NCBI GenBank assembly: GCA_030704615.1
Contig: CM060733.1
Location: 18,972,001 to 19,036,000, forward strand
Origin: Takakia lepidozioides
Taxonomy: Eukaryota > Plantae > Bryophyta
Length of the DNA stretch: 64,000 nt
Direction: 5' to 3'
In this document: in pieces, positions 37,779-50,483 of the stretch
Numbering within the stretch: the stretch's first letter is position 1
Layout of the letters: each line of letters begins with the position of its first letter
Notes under the pieces: generated by a model
What the model saw: only the letters and a program-made list of their open reading frames with translations
Databases searched by the model: none
Told to the model about the DNA's origin: nothing
Position numbers and translations under genes: made by a program

Positions 37779-40700
37779 ATGTCTGAGAAGGCATGGGGAA
37801 GTAGCAGCAACAGCGCCTTTTCTGAAACCGAGATCTCTAATTCTGGGCCGTATCACCCATTGCCCACTTCTGGTGAGCAATGTGTGCGACAGAGGTTTGT
37901 CTGTTTTCTGTGTACTTGTGCGGGAAGTCTTCTATCCTTGGCAGGAATTCCATGCGGATGTCTGATGCTGCTGCCGTGTATCCTACAATCTGACAGTGTT
38001 GCTAGTCTGTCTTAGCTTGAAGGGCGAGGCTTTGAAGAACAGTTGTATGCTTTGGAATTGGCAGAGGAAGTGGGTCCGTTCAAAGCGAGAGAGGATGAAG
38101 AGGAAAAAGACGAAGACTCCCCTGAAGATCAATCCCCGGTTGAAGAAGTGGCCCTTACAGTTCCTACTACGGATGATCGCAGCCTGCCCCTCTGGACATT
38201 CAGGATGTGGACACTGGGTATCGCATCCTGCGCCCTTCTCTCATTTCTCAACATGTTCTTCTCGTATCGCACGGAGCCGCTGGTGATCTCAGCTGTCTCG
38301 GCGCAGGTGGCGGTCCTGCCAATAGGACATATTCTGGCAAAGGTGTTGCCCAGTAATTTGGTGCGGGTGCCTTGGACGGGCTTTGAATTTTCAATGAATC
38401 CAGGACCTTTCAACATGAAGGAGCACGTACTCATCACTATCTTTGCCAATGCGGGCACTAGTTTTGGGTCTGGGAACTCGTATGGGATCTACGTGGTCAA
38501 TATAATCAAGGCCTTCTACAAAAAGGAGATAGCCTTCGCTGCGTGCCTCTTCCTTATCATCACATCGCAGGTGAGAGCACTTTTGCGTCTCTTACCAAGT
38601 TTCATATCTGTCTGGGTCTAGTGCCAGGGATGAGAGGTTGGAAACAGAGAGATAGAAAGATAACAAGAAAGTAGACACCACCACGAAGGCAACGTAGTGA
38701 ATCGCGGCACGCGCGCGCAGGGCCGCCTGGAGATAAGATGACGAGAAACTACGGTAGAAATAAATTTATAGTGACTCAGGGCCCCAGAGCTGCTGCTAAA
38801 GCCTTGCTAAGCGCCGAACCCTGCAGCAACTAACTGATATTTCAGAAAGCTTACAAAGTTGATTCTAGCATTGATCAAAGCTTGTGGATATTGTGAAATT
38901 GGTGGGAAATGCTTTAGAATCCGTAGTTGAGCTACAATTGTTGATAAGCTGAGATGAAAACTTGAATATGCACATCTCCCCATGCTGGCAATATCTTGAA
39001 GCAATATAAAATTCGAAACAATCAAGTGTGGGCTATGATTACAGGTGCTGGGATATGGGTGGGCAGGACTGCTACGCAAGTATCTGGTGGAACCAGCACA
39101 CATGTGGTGGCCTTCCAATCTAGTCCAAGTATCAGTCTTTCGGTAATGCTTTGTGTTCCTGACAATAGTTGACTTCAAAGTTTATGACTACTCAGGTTTG
39201 TGTCAAACTCTAGTAGTATCAAGCCTTTGTGTAACAGTCCCTAACAGATCAACTGAGTTACACCATCAGGAGAGAGACAGCTCTAGTCAAACATCGCGAG
39301 TGATGGTGATAAAACAACCATAGGTTGTAGAGTTTTGCATATGTTAATCCCTGTTTAGAGTGAAAGCTGAATGACATCCCTCAGTCTCAGTGTAATATAA
39401 GGAGTAGGAGTTTTAACAAATAAATAATTCGAAGAGAGGTCAAAAGTTGTGCTGGAATGGGGTTTGACAGGACTCTACATGAAAAGGAGGAGAGCAGGGG
39501 CCGTCTATCTCGCAGTCAGTTTTTTCTCATAGCTATGACTGTGAGCTTTGCGTACTATGTGTTGCCAGGTTACCTCTTCCCAATGGTAACATACCTCTCA
39601 TGGGTGTGCTGGGTGTGGCCACACTCTGTCACTGCTCAACAGATTGGATCAGGCCTACATGGCCTGGGGGTGGGTGCTGTCAGCCTTGACTGGTCTGGTG
39701 TAGCAGCATACTTGAGAAGTCCACTGGTGACCCCCTGGTTCTCCATTGTAAATTTGGCAGTTGGGACTGTGATTTTTCTCTATGTCTTTGTACCAGCGGC
39801 TTACTGGATGGATGCCTACGATGCCAAGAAATTTCCTATCTACTCTAGCAAGCTCTTCACTGGTGATGGTCAGGAGTACAACATCACTCGAATCGTTGAC
39901 CAGAATTTCAAGCTGGATGTAGATGCATATGAAAGCTACAGCAAACTGCACATCAGTACCCTCTTTGCGCTCTCCTATGGCTTCGGATTTGCCCGAATCG
40001 CAGCCACGGTCTCCCATGTGGTGCTGTTTCATGGAAAGTGCGTGTTTATTTCTACCCCCACAGCCCACCTTTACAGTTGGTCTTTGTCTTTCTTTTTTAC
40101 ACCTTTTAGCTTCCCTACTCCTCAGGGTGATGGTTTGTGTCCTTTGGGAAGGGCTTCACAGTTCCATGATATTCATTCTGGGCAGGCAGCACCACATCTA
40201 GAAACGAAAGAGAACGTCCTTGAACATGCTTGTCTGCTACACTGAAGGAAAGTGGATCTTTTCTCCTGTGAAGGAATTCTCTTGACTTCGTTATGATTAT
40301 GGTTATTGCCTGATTATGGCTTGAGTGCAGAGAGATTTGGCATCGGAGTAGGGCAGCACTAAATGTGGACCACCCTGATGTTCATACTCGTTTGATGAGA
40401 TTCTATCCAGATGTTCCAGATCATTGGTTCTTGCTGCTACTGGGGGGTAGTGTGCTTCTGACTACAGCAGCATGTCTGCGGTTCCAGGAGCAGTTCCAAC
40501 TGCCCTGGTGGGGAGTGCTGCTCGCCTGTGCACTCTCCTCTACCTTGACCCTGCCTCTGGGTGTACTGACTGCCACTACCAATCTGGTAACTCTCTCCCC
40601 TTACCTTTCTTTTGTATGCACTGCTCTTGGAATTCCTGCTTCTCAGTCCTGTTGTAAGCATACCCTTTGCTTCTGTAAACACTGCTTATGAGTCGCAATT

Positions 40701-42297
40701 TATGCAGCCTCTTCAATTAGTTGAATTTGTGACCAATCATTGGTTGAATTGCTGCAACGTCAGGTCAAAAATAGGCCGTTGACTATAACTTATGCTTGTA
40801 GAAGGCCAAAGGGAAGGGCAACACTCCCCAAAGTGGAGTCTATTGATTAAGTTCCCATGGACTGGTAGAGGTTGCAGGGAGACCATTAACTAGGAGTTTG
40901 GATTGGGGTGATTATATTTAAGTGCTTGGACTGTGTTTCAGCATTTACAATGTTCTCAAAACAGGTGTGCCGCAATAAGGTTTCCCTTCCACAACTGCTC
41001 AACTTATCCTTTTTCTCTAGACTTTCTTAGTAATAGACTGGCTTCTTTGTAGTCATGGACTGTGTATGCTTCATGATGTTTTTTCAATACTCTATTGTAA
41101 GTGCTGTTGCATTTTCATAAGAAATGCATTGGCTTGGGTTGGTGGGGATCAGACACCAGGGTTGAATATAATTTCAGAATACATTATGGGTCTCCTATTA
41201 CCAGGCCAACCTATAGCAAATGTGTTGTTCAAGACATATGGCTTCAACAGCACTCAACAAGCCATCGCCTTTCTGTCTGACTTCAAGTTGGGACATTACA
41301 TGAAGATTCCACCTCGCTCGATGTTCATTGTGCAGGTGCAAGATCATCCATTCTCCTCCCCTTGGAAGTAATCATAATTTGATCTTTGATGGACTCATAT
41401 CAGAACAGTCTGGGCCACTTCACGGCACCCCCTCCCAAATAGGAGACATGCCTTCTTGCACATTGAAAATCCAAACTGCATGCCTTTGCACATTAATGTC
41501 AAGTTTTGATATTAGTTGGCGGACTCTTGGTATACTGAAGTTGCATGATTTGTCTTGCGTAAGGGAGGGATCAACTGCCTTTTAGTGGGCAACTTCTGGT
41601 GTCCGCAAGATCTTCTATTGTCTTGTGTGGTGTTGGAACTTTCCAATGACTTCTGATCAAGGACACCTGCGTTTGCATGCAGCTAGTGGGCGCAGTTGTT
41701 AATGGCACCTTGAACTTGGTTGTCGCATGGTGGATGCTGTCGTCCATTCCCAACATTTGTGACCTCAACATGCTCCCAGCAGACAGTCCTTGGACTTGCC
41801 CCAGTGATCGAGTGTTTTTTGATGCCTCGGTTATCTGGGGCCTCATTGGTCCAGGAAGAATATTTGGGTCGATGGGACTCTACAGAAACTTGAACTGGTT
41901 TTTCTTAGGAGGTGCTCTGTTGCCGATTCCTGTGTGGGCTCTAAGCAGGGTTTACCCCGAAGCAAGGTGGATTGCTCTCATCAACGTCCCTGTCCTCCTG
42001 ACTGGCGGTGGAGAAATGCCTCCTGCTGCTGCCGTCAATATTACATCATGGGTGATCGTTGGGGCGATCTTCAACTACTACATTTTTCGGCATCACAAAG
42101 CATGGTGGAAGAGGTACAACTACGTGTTGTCCGCAGCCATGGATGCAGGCACTGCATTCATGGCAGTGTTGCTCTACTTGTGTCTTGGTCTATCAAACAA
42201 GAGTATCGATTGGTGGGGCACCCAGGTGGACCATTGCCCTCTTGCCACCTGCCCTACAGCTCCTGGGATCATAGTCAAAGGCTGTCCAGTGTGTTGA
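37779..42297 (+). CDS. OPT: Oligopeptide transporter (OPT family), copy 2, same 7-exon structure
   Basis: Close paralog of 24471-29366 including introns and flanks; NPG and KP motifs intact; no stops seen in exons. Confidence 0.93.
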
Positions 42298-42553
42298 GTT
42301 CATTAATCTGCAAATTATTTGATCAACAATACCTTCACTGCTACACACTCACTTACTGCATTGGATTAGACACTGTCAGATCCTCCTGTACATAGCCCAT
42401 TCTTTGAGAACTATAAGGCCTCCCTATTCTGTCTGGTGGTGCACAGAGGCATGGCTCACTGTAGTGTAGGTGGTTAGGATATTTTAAGCTAAATTGTCGG
42501 TAAGGGAACTATTTGGATGAAATCCACACCATAAGGGAAAATGATGCGGTTAA

Positions 42554-43751
42554 CCCTTAAGTGTCAAACTGACCCGATTTGGGTTGGTTAGGTTTCTTTA
42601 ACCAGCCATAACTTCCTGTGGTTAAGGCTGATTGGCCTTTTTTTTTGGCTCAATTGACGGATAATCGGGTCCCCCTTCATATGGCATTGGTCAATTGGTC
42701 TATGCTTGCAGGGGTAGGGATCTCGATCAATTGGAAGGGGGCAACTCAGCTTTTGAGGCCTTTTTGGCACCCCTAACCTGCCCAAGTTGCCGACATGGCA
42801 ACTGCGGTCAGGTTAGGGTGAATGAATGATAGCCCATACAGGGATGGGCGGCACGCTTCCCCCAAACCATTGATTGCCCGTTGGATATGGCGCAGGTCTG
42901 GGTATTCCCAGGCCTGCATCCTAACCTGAGATGGCTGCTCCAGCCAACACGATTGGCTCATAGCAGGGCGGACTGGAGGGAGTGCAACCGCGATGGCGGC
43001 AGAGCTCGCAGCTCGAGAAAATCTCGGGTGGGCCAAACCCAGGCAGGGGGGTTGATAGGGTTGGGGTGGAGTGGCCCCCCATGAAAGCAGGGCTGGGTAG
43101 CCAGAGGAGCTCCCAAACCGCGTGCCCTTCTGGGCTACCTAGGCCTGCAGGCTACACCAAAGGTGTGCCATTTGAAGTCTTGGGCAGGGAACCTAAGGAT
43201 GCGGTGCATTGGCTGATTGGCCTCAAAGTTTTTCGGGGACCTCATATGGAAGCCCATGACATTTCAACCGCAGGGATTAGGGGTTGACCCGCTGAATTTT
43301 TTTGTATAATTTTAGGAAGAGAGATTTTGGCCTGCCCAAAGAAAATGGCATATTTTGACCCCCCAATTTGTCACTACAAAGGAGCCCACTTGAGAACATT
43401 TCAGAAAAAACTGAAATTTTATGAGAATGTGTGTTATCAGGTATGGAACAACATTCTTGAGACTCTCAAACAGAAAAAATAAAAAGTACCCAAATACGAG
43501 AAAAAACTGCTTTTTTTGGCACCTAGTTCTTAGTGGAGATTTTTTTTTGTCCCCACTCTACACTTTATAATCTTCTGATCTGGCAGTTGGATTTTGGTGA
43601 AACTTTTTGTGGTAGGAGGTGGGGTAGGTGGGGAAGTAATTCCAACGGTCAGTTTTACAGGGACACAGAGATTCTCTAGATAATTTTTTTTTTGGGGGCC
43701 AGGGTCATGTTTTTCCACGAGAGGGTGAAAATGAGTTTTGACACTTAAGGG
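42554..43751. mobile_element. piggyBac-type non-autonomous element 2 (1198 bp)
   Basis: ttaa|CCCTTAAGTGTCAAA ... TTTGACACTTAAGGG|ttaa; absent from the paralogous 3' flank of OPT copy 1, whose homology resumes just after 43755. Confidence 0.78.
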
Positions 43752-44009
43752 TTAAAGTACTTCAAAAGATTGATGCAAGTACAGCACTTGCACTGGCGAC
43801 TAAGAGAGTATCTGAAGTAGTACCCTTTCATATGTATCTGACGGCAGTGCACATAGTTCCATCTTAATCCATAATTCAAGCATACAAGATCACTGCAGTC
43901 AAGCAGGTATATCACAGTTTTCGACTTCAGAATACGATACTTGATAATCTTGCGACCAGGTCTGTTTGGTGCCTCGATCGCCACCACCACAGCTTGTATG
44001 GCGGAATAA

Positions 44010-45206
44010 TTAGACATGATGATGTACAGATGCAGACTTGGCCTTCAACTTCTGTAATGAAAACTGGTGACGAGTATCACCGATAAAATTGCGTAAAGCT
44101 CCAAGGGCAACTTCGTAACCTCGGATGACATTGTTGAAAGTGTGGTGAAGTACCCTTGCGACCCAGACCTTGAAGAGAATTTCTTCCCAGTCAACATCAC
44201 CTTTCTCAAAATGATCAAGAAACTTGAGGAAAGCATTAATCCACGCATCCTCATCAGCAAAACTCCAGCATGGCCATTCGGACGCGTTCAACAAACCCTT
44301 AACAAGGGCAGAGTCAAAGTGCTGCAGGAGTAGTTCCTGCTGCCGTGCTGTCCAGTTGGTTTTCAGCAGCGTCAGCGTCTTCTCTATATCATAACCGATC
44401 TTCTGCTTGATGAGATCCGGGACGGGCTTGTAGGCAGACTCTATGTAGCGGCAACCATCTGCACTGGTAATGGTCTCATTTCGCAGGGACTGGAGGGCGC
44501 TGAAACACTCGACGAGCATAGATCTAAGATCGAGAAGTCCGCCATACAATGCATGCACCTTACCTTCGGGTATGTAGACCTCAGCAAGGCGTAAGCCGGC
44601 CTGAGCACAAACAAAAGTGTACAGGGTATCTATACCCCAATCACTTTGCAAGCGAACGCGTTGATCTCCATACAATACTTCAGCTGCTCTCCTCGTTAGG
44701 AGTAGTTCTCCGCCAAGGGGTTGCTCAATGGAAGGAAGAACTGTGTGCGGCCACATGATAGCGAAGCCTACCTTGGTGACCAGCCATGTAATCATGGCAT
44801 CAGTGCTAGACCTGGGGAAGTAGTGACGGACGACATCATACTCCAAGTCCGCCAGGTTTTCCGCCTTACTAATCCACTCTCCCGAGAACGACACAATGTC
44901 GGAGTCGTAAAAGTGCAGGCGATGATACTCTGGGAATTCCAAGAAAAAAGCAAGCCCGGTATTCATACCATCTCCTTTTCCCTCTCGCAACGATACTCCT
45001 ATGCGATCCTGAAGGACCAAGAGAAGTTTTTTCCCCGTTTTCCTCTCGATACTGGCCTTTGACTCTTCGATGGCGTGCCAAGTTTCACCTTGACTATAAC
45101 CAACACAAAGCACCGCTGCAACACGAGGATGCGACGCAGCGCACTCTACATTCCGTAACACAATGGTAACATCTTCTTCTTTGAAAGGAAAGCACACTAA
45201 AGACAT
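44010..45206 (-). CDS. mgs: Mannosylglycerate synthase (GT78), uninterrupted 398-aa ORF from MSLVCFPFK; alternative in-frame ATG at 45287
   Basis: End-to-end resemblance to Rhodothermus marinus MGS as I recall it: MSLVxFPFK, HPRV, GKGDGMN, HFYDSDI (DxD), VRHYFPRxSTDAMITW, IEQPLGGELL, SDWGIDTLYTF, YIPEGKxHxLYGGL, GYDIEKTL, DWEEILFK. Confidence 0.93.
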   Translation of the reverse strand: MSLVCFPFKEEDVTIVLRNVECAASHPRVAAVLCVGYSQGETWHAIEESKASIERKTGKKLLLVLQDRIGVSLREGKGDGMNTGLAFFLEFPEYHRLHFYDSDIVSFSGEWISKAENLADLEYDVVRHYFPRSSTDAMITWLVTKVGFAIMWPHTVLPSIEQPLGGELLLTRRAAEVLYGDQRVRLQSDWGIDTLYTFVCAQAGLRLAEVYIPEGKVHALYGGLLDLRSMLVECFSALQSLRNETITSADGCRYIESAYKPVPDLIKQKIGYDIEKTLTLLKTNWTARQQELLLQHFDSALVKGLLNASEWPCWSFADEDAWINAFLKFLDHFEKGDVDWEEILFKVWVARVLHHTFNNVIRGYEVALGALRNFIGDTRHQFSLQKLKAKSASVHHHV

Positions 45207-46649
45207 ACTCCGCTTCTCCCCTTTACGCAAGGCTCTTTCTATCTCTACACCTGTCCATGATGGCTTCACGAAGTCAGTGAAAATCATAGTCAGCCTCACC
45301 AATAAAATCGGTGACAACAAAAGTGGCCTCACCAACAAGCTGGAAATTAAAAGTTATCCAACTGGGGACATATCCTGAACAAGTTCAAACAAGTTCAGAT
45401 ACTGTCTGAAAGTTAAGTTCTCAAGCTGTACATTCGCTCACAAGAGTCGTCCGCCAGGAAACTTGCACACATAAGCTAGCTCTCCACTAGGAATTGTAGC
45501 TACATTCAACCACAAGAGCTCAAACCAAGACTGTCTCCAATCTCGGATGCTCCTTCATACTTCATCAAGATAAAGAAGAAAAGCCCTGGCGACTTTCTGT
45601 TCCTGGTCTCTCATTCCTCCTCATCACAAGGGCAGGGGAAGTACGTATGGGAGAAGAAATCCAACATCTAAACGGACTGGTCTGGGTTGCCTCGTTTCAC
45701 TCTAAGAGCACCATATCTAAAATCAACAAGTCCAGATACCTCGTACGGCTCGTACGTACCACTCGCTGGTATATTAACAATGTCAAGCAACAGAATAGTA
45801 TGGAGCTGATTCTGCATCGGCAAATTGTACTTCAAATGGTTTGTAAAGTTTGCAGGAGAGTATATGAACGATCCAAACCTCCCGTGTCACGAGTTTTGTA
45901 TGCTTGCCAAAAATCTACACAAAAAGAAATAAGTCTAATATCAGCCCCCACTTTCCCTAAACAGCACGTCCGGCTAGGCCTCCTCAATGTGCCAGACAAA
46001 GGTATATCTATCTATCTGGTATTGTGCCGCACATTTCACCACATTGCAGAAGTCGAAGTTTTATATTTGCTCGCAGAATACAGAGCACACAGCAGGGCGG
46101 CATGGACTTCCAGCAGTATTGGCAACCGATTTCTGCATGCTTAACCAAGAATTCCTCTGTCACTACTAGTAGGAAATTTGGTCCACCCTTTAGCAAGTTC
46201 CATGTTATCGGATGTTCTCTTCCTGATCTTCAGTATATAATATCCATCATACATCAGCAAGTTTTCAGCTTCCTGAAAACTCGAGACTGCAGAAGTCCCC
46301 TCTCTAATATTAGCTTTTCGAAGACCCACACTGTGAGATCATGCTTCGTACTCACTAAATTTGTCGTTCGCGAGTCGCTGGATCTTCACAATGAACCCTA
46401 CTTTGCCCACATACTTTGCCCACATTCCATTGCGCCCATCACCTAAATTTTCCCTTCCAAGTTCGAACAGAACATTCCATTCCATTCCCAATTTGAACAT
46501 GACCGTTTATAACTCGCAGGAGATGCTCCGACCGTTTATAACTCATGACGTGTGCATGACCAATGCGACCCCACATGACACTTTGGAAATATCGAGAACA
46601 GTTAATTTTTTTTTTACTTTCGTTCCCCTTCGTGTATGCTTTATGGCCC

Positions 46650-47157
46650 CAAGGGGGGTGGTCGCAGAATTTTCTATTTTAAAATAGCTGCGACCAGCGG
46701 CACGGGTGGTCGGACCATTTTTCTTTTTGTTAAATAGGAATAGGTGCGAATAATATGTAGAGCAGTTTCATTCGAGCCTTGATTCTAGAGTGGTCCAGGA
46801 ATTATAGTGGGGCGGTAGGAAGGCCCCGTGTATTAAGGAATGAGATGAGGGGGTCCAAAAAAAGAATGGAGGAATTGGCTAAATTTAGAATAGGGAGTCC
46901 TGCAGGTTGACATGTGTTCAGGGCCTTCTAGAAGGCTCCCAGGGTCGGCGGGCTTCTAGAAGGGTCCCACCGCCCTGAGAGGCTATATAAGGGAAGCCCC
47001 CCTTATTACGTACTAACTTACTACCTATTAAATCAGTAAATAGGTGCGACTACCAGCAGGAGGGTGGTCGCAACATTTTTCTTTTATTTTAACAGTTGCG
47101 TCGACCGCTACTGGTGGTCGCACAATTGTTTTTTTTTAAATAGGTGCGACCACCATG
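46650..47157. repeat. Hairpin-unit array 1 (partial; interrupted by a ~280-bp insert at 46756-47035)
   Basis: TGCGACCACC-N7-9-GGTGGTCGCA-type units with T-rich linkers; 47045-47155 aligns with 61990-62100. Confidence 0.75.
46756..47035 (+). mobile_element. Possible solo or truncated LTR
   Basis: Begins TGTAG, contains CTATATAAGG, ends CA, and interrupts the hairpin array; no matching TSD. Confidence 0.3.
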
Positions 47158-47474
47158 AGGTTGGTCCCCTTGCACCTGTATGTATGTTTGGAGAGGCAGA
47201 TGAAAAGCACATGTATCGACTCCCCATGGATTTGTGAAGGGAAAGATGAATGTTGGGAGCTGCACCTGGCCTTTGTGGCTTTCGAAACCATAATAGGAAA
47301 CAACAATGTAAAGGTAATGACGAAACACAAACACACGCACAACCACCAAACCCTTTCTTGGGTACACATATTCCACCATTTTTTATTTCCGTACACGTAT
47401 GTATGTACCCAAACTGAAACATGGATATCCATGGAAACATACTACATATCATGTGACAGAAGTTATAGTTGTAC

Positions 47475-50452
47475 CTAGTTCCGTCTGGCACGACGACGAT
47501 GGTATGATCTCACGCCTAGTACAAAATCTTTGTCCCCACTCACTTCACCCCCGTTCCCATGATCAGTGCTAGAATCATGATCTCCATCTGTTTTTTCGTT
47601 TCCAGAGGCAACTGGCCGTTGGACCTGTAGTCGTCCTCGGAGTACGTTCAGTTGTCTCTCTGGTCGATTTCCACTCCTATCATGAATACCATCTAAGGTA
47701 TCAGGTCTGTTCACAGGTCGGTCACCAACAAAAGGTTGCACAATTCTCTGCCGTTTTTGGGCTTGTCCCGGATTTCGTGGTGGCCTTGGAGCAAGTCTCA
47801 TATGAGGAAGGCTACTCGCATGTATATCAGAGGGGCCGACATGAGAGGAAGGGGCATGAGATGGACCAGCGAGGGTCGAGGGAGCACGGTTCACATGCGG
47901 ACGTCGTCGGGCCAGATGAAACGACAATGATCAGTCATCGTCATCCGATGGTTCGACTTGCAGAAGTCCCGCAGCAGAAGAAGCATCTCCCAGGATCGGA
48001 GTAGCGATGGAAGGAATTACATGAGGGGGAGAGATACTAGATGGACCAGCATGGGATGGACCGGCTTGAGAAAGAGAAACATGAGATGGAGCGGCGTGAG
48101 ATGAAGCACGGTTCACAAGGGCACGATGTCGGTAAATGAATGACAACGGCCGGTTGTCATCATCCGACGATTCGACCTGCACATCTCCTACAGTCCGTAG
48201 AACTCGTGGTGGGAGAGAGTTGACCTCAACTTCATTGTTGAGAGTGTGTTCCACTGGGGAAGGGGGTCCGCAATTGGGATGACACCATGTCGCAGTTCAT
48301 CAACAACAAGGTCATCGAAAGATGGATGCATTGCAGCATCATCGTCATTAAATTTATCTGGGTCATGTGGAGGATTGCCCACATCATCGGACCCATCCCA
48401 ACCGTTGGAGTCGGAGTCCATCGCGGCGTCGGTGTCATCATTGCTGCTAGATTGGATCTCTGAGGCAGATTCTTCAGACAACAGATTCTTCTCATACCAT
48501 GCAGATGCGTCACTTGCTGTCATCTTTTGCAGTAGCCTACAATTCGTGTAGACATAAATCAATTTGTCAGCCTTGGTAGGATTCAACCTGTTGCGAATCT
48601 TGTTGTGAATAAACGAGTAACTGCTCCAGTTCCGCTCACAAGACGAGGCAGAGCACACTTGAGCAAGAATGTGCTTTATAATGGGAGTTAACGTTCTTGC
48701 TCCAGCTCCAATCAGATCCCATCATTCATGTGGCAATATGTTCATTGCTTTTGGATCCGAAATGTCCTGGAAAGGATTCTGACGATCCGAGAAGCACTGG
48801 TACTCGGACAAAGCTCGCTCTGCCATGTTCAAGGGCGCGAGTTGCATGATGACCCGTACAAGCCCAACTTTGACATCCACATCGTCTCTCAAATCCGTAT
48901 TGTCCAGCAAGAATGGATTCAGCAAGGCCCCCGCATAATGCAAGTCCGTGCGAACCATCCGTTTGTGGTCGTAAAATGCATCATCGGTCCTTGCCGCCAA
49001 ATCATCATCCATAGAAAATGGAGGACGTCTCAAGGATTGCACGTGCTTATCAAGGTTTTCCAATATCAACCATGCTGTACCCATTATTGGTTGTTTTCCA
49101 TCAAACTCCCGCAAAGCAATCAACACTGGCTCCACCATGTACACAAAATTTGCACATTTCGCCCAGAAATCGTCGGAGCGAATGATTGCGCGGACCCTCC
49201 GACTTTTGCTCAAAGACTTGGACTTACGAGAGTCGTGTAAGGTGCCCATATAGGCATCCCATTGAGGGTCAATGTTCACCTGCTCCAGACCCGCCCTCAC
49301 AGTCACCAGTCGATTCACCATCAAAAAGTTTGTGGCAAAGCGGGTTCCTAAGGCTGTATTTGGGTTCATGCTTTCTAAACAATGTCAGAGGGATGTGATG
49401 TGTACGAATGAACGTCACAACCGACTTTGTCTTTTTTACTAGTTGTTTCATCCATGATTCTTTTCCCCAATCCTCCAAAAGGAGATCAAAGATATTAGCA
49501 GCACACCCTTGGTAATATAGATGGTGATATTGTACCATCAAAATATCGGCCATATTAACCATGTTAGATGCATTGTCCGTGCATACTTGGACAATTTTAT
49601 CAGCTCCAATTTTATCGATGAAACTCATCAACAACCCTGCTTGATAACGTGCATATTTTCTCTCCCTGCTTGTGTCAATGGATCCCACAAATTGTTCCCC
49701 CGCAGGACAGACTAGCATGACATTGAACAGTGGTCGATTAGTAACAGAACTCCAACCGTCCACACATATAGTGCTTCCATATTTCCGGAGCGAATCACCT
49801 GTCTTTTTATTCACCTTTTGGGTGAGATCAAACATAGCCTTTTCTAGCAATCCTGTACGGAGATCGCGATAACTCGGAGGTGTGTATGTGGACTTGGAAT
49901 CGGACGTGGCTTTGACAGCAGCCACAAACGCAGGAAGCCTCGAGACATTGAACGGAATATTGGCCTCGTAGAAAAATTGGGCCCACTTCTTATCCAGAGT
50001 CCTCCTGTGCGACAAATTTAAGCCTTCTTGCATTGATTGTTGCCTCAATGGTCTGGTCCGTACAAGTGCTGGCGTACAATCGGGTGTTGCTCCTGACCCA
50101 CCGGCTTCTCCACGAACAGCAGACACCTTGCAAGAATCCCCCTGGGTACAACTCTGAGGGACATTTTGATTCAAACCTGGAGTGTTTGGCTAAGAAGCCG
50201 CGGCCACATCAAGAGACGGTGAGATATTGCCTCCACATTGGGCAAAGTGGGCTTTCACTCGCATAGAGGCTTTTGGGCACAAACTAATCCCTGTATTATT
50301 CCCATCTCTATAGCCGAGGTGATATAACATGCGATCCGACCCACCAGCTTCAATGCACATAGATTGCATTGAACACCGTCCTTTTTGTGCGGGTCTACGG
50401 TGAACCAAGGGATCCACTCCTCCCTCATCCTCACACCCAAAACCCTAACCAC
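47475..50452 (-). pseudogene. hAT transposase pseudogene (BED-like finger, DUF659, hAT dimerisation domain, low-complexity tail)
   Basis: CNLC..RMLYHL..C; FFYEANIPFNV; TICVDGWS; VQVCTDNASN; TRFATNF; LHYAGALLNP; E*W..LAQVCSASSCERNWS..HNKIRNRL; frameshifts near 50340 and 49350 and in-frame stops. Confidence 0.88.
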
Positions 50453-50483
50453 AGACTTAAGGTTGAACGAAAAACACTAGTGT

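Noticed and set aside
45339-45820. Upstream coding exon for MGS (minus-strand acceptor near 45340, donor near 45739)
   Set aside because: The candidate splice does not join in frame with the MGS ORF; at most a 5' UTR intron or uORF
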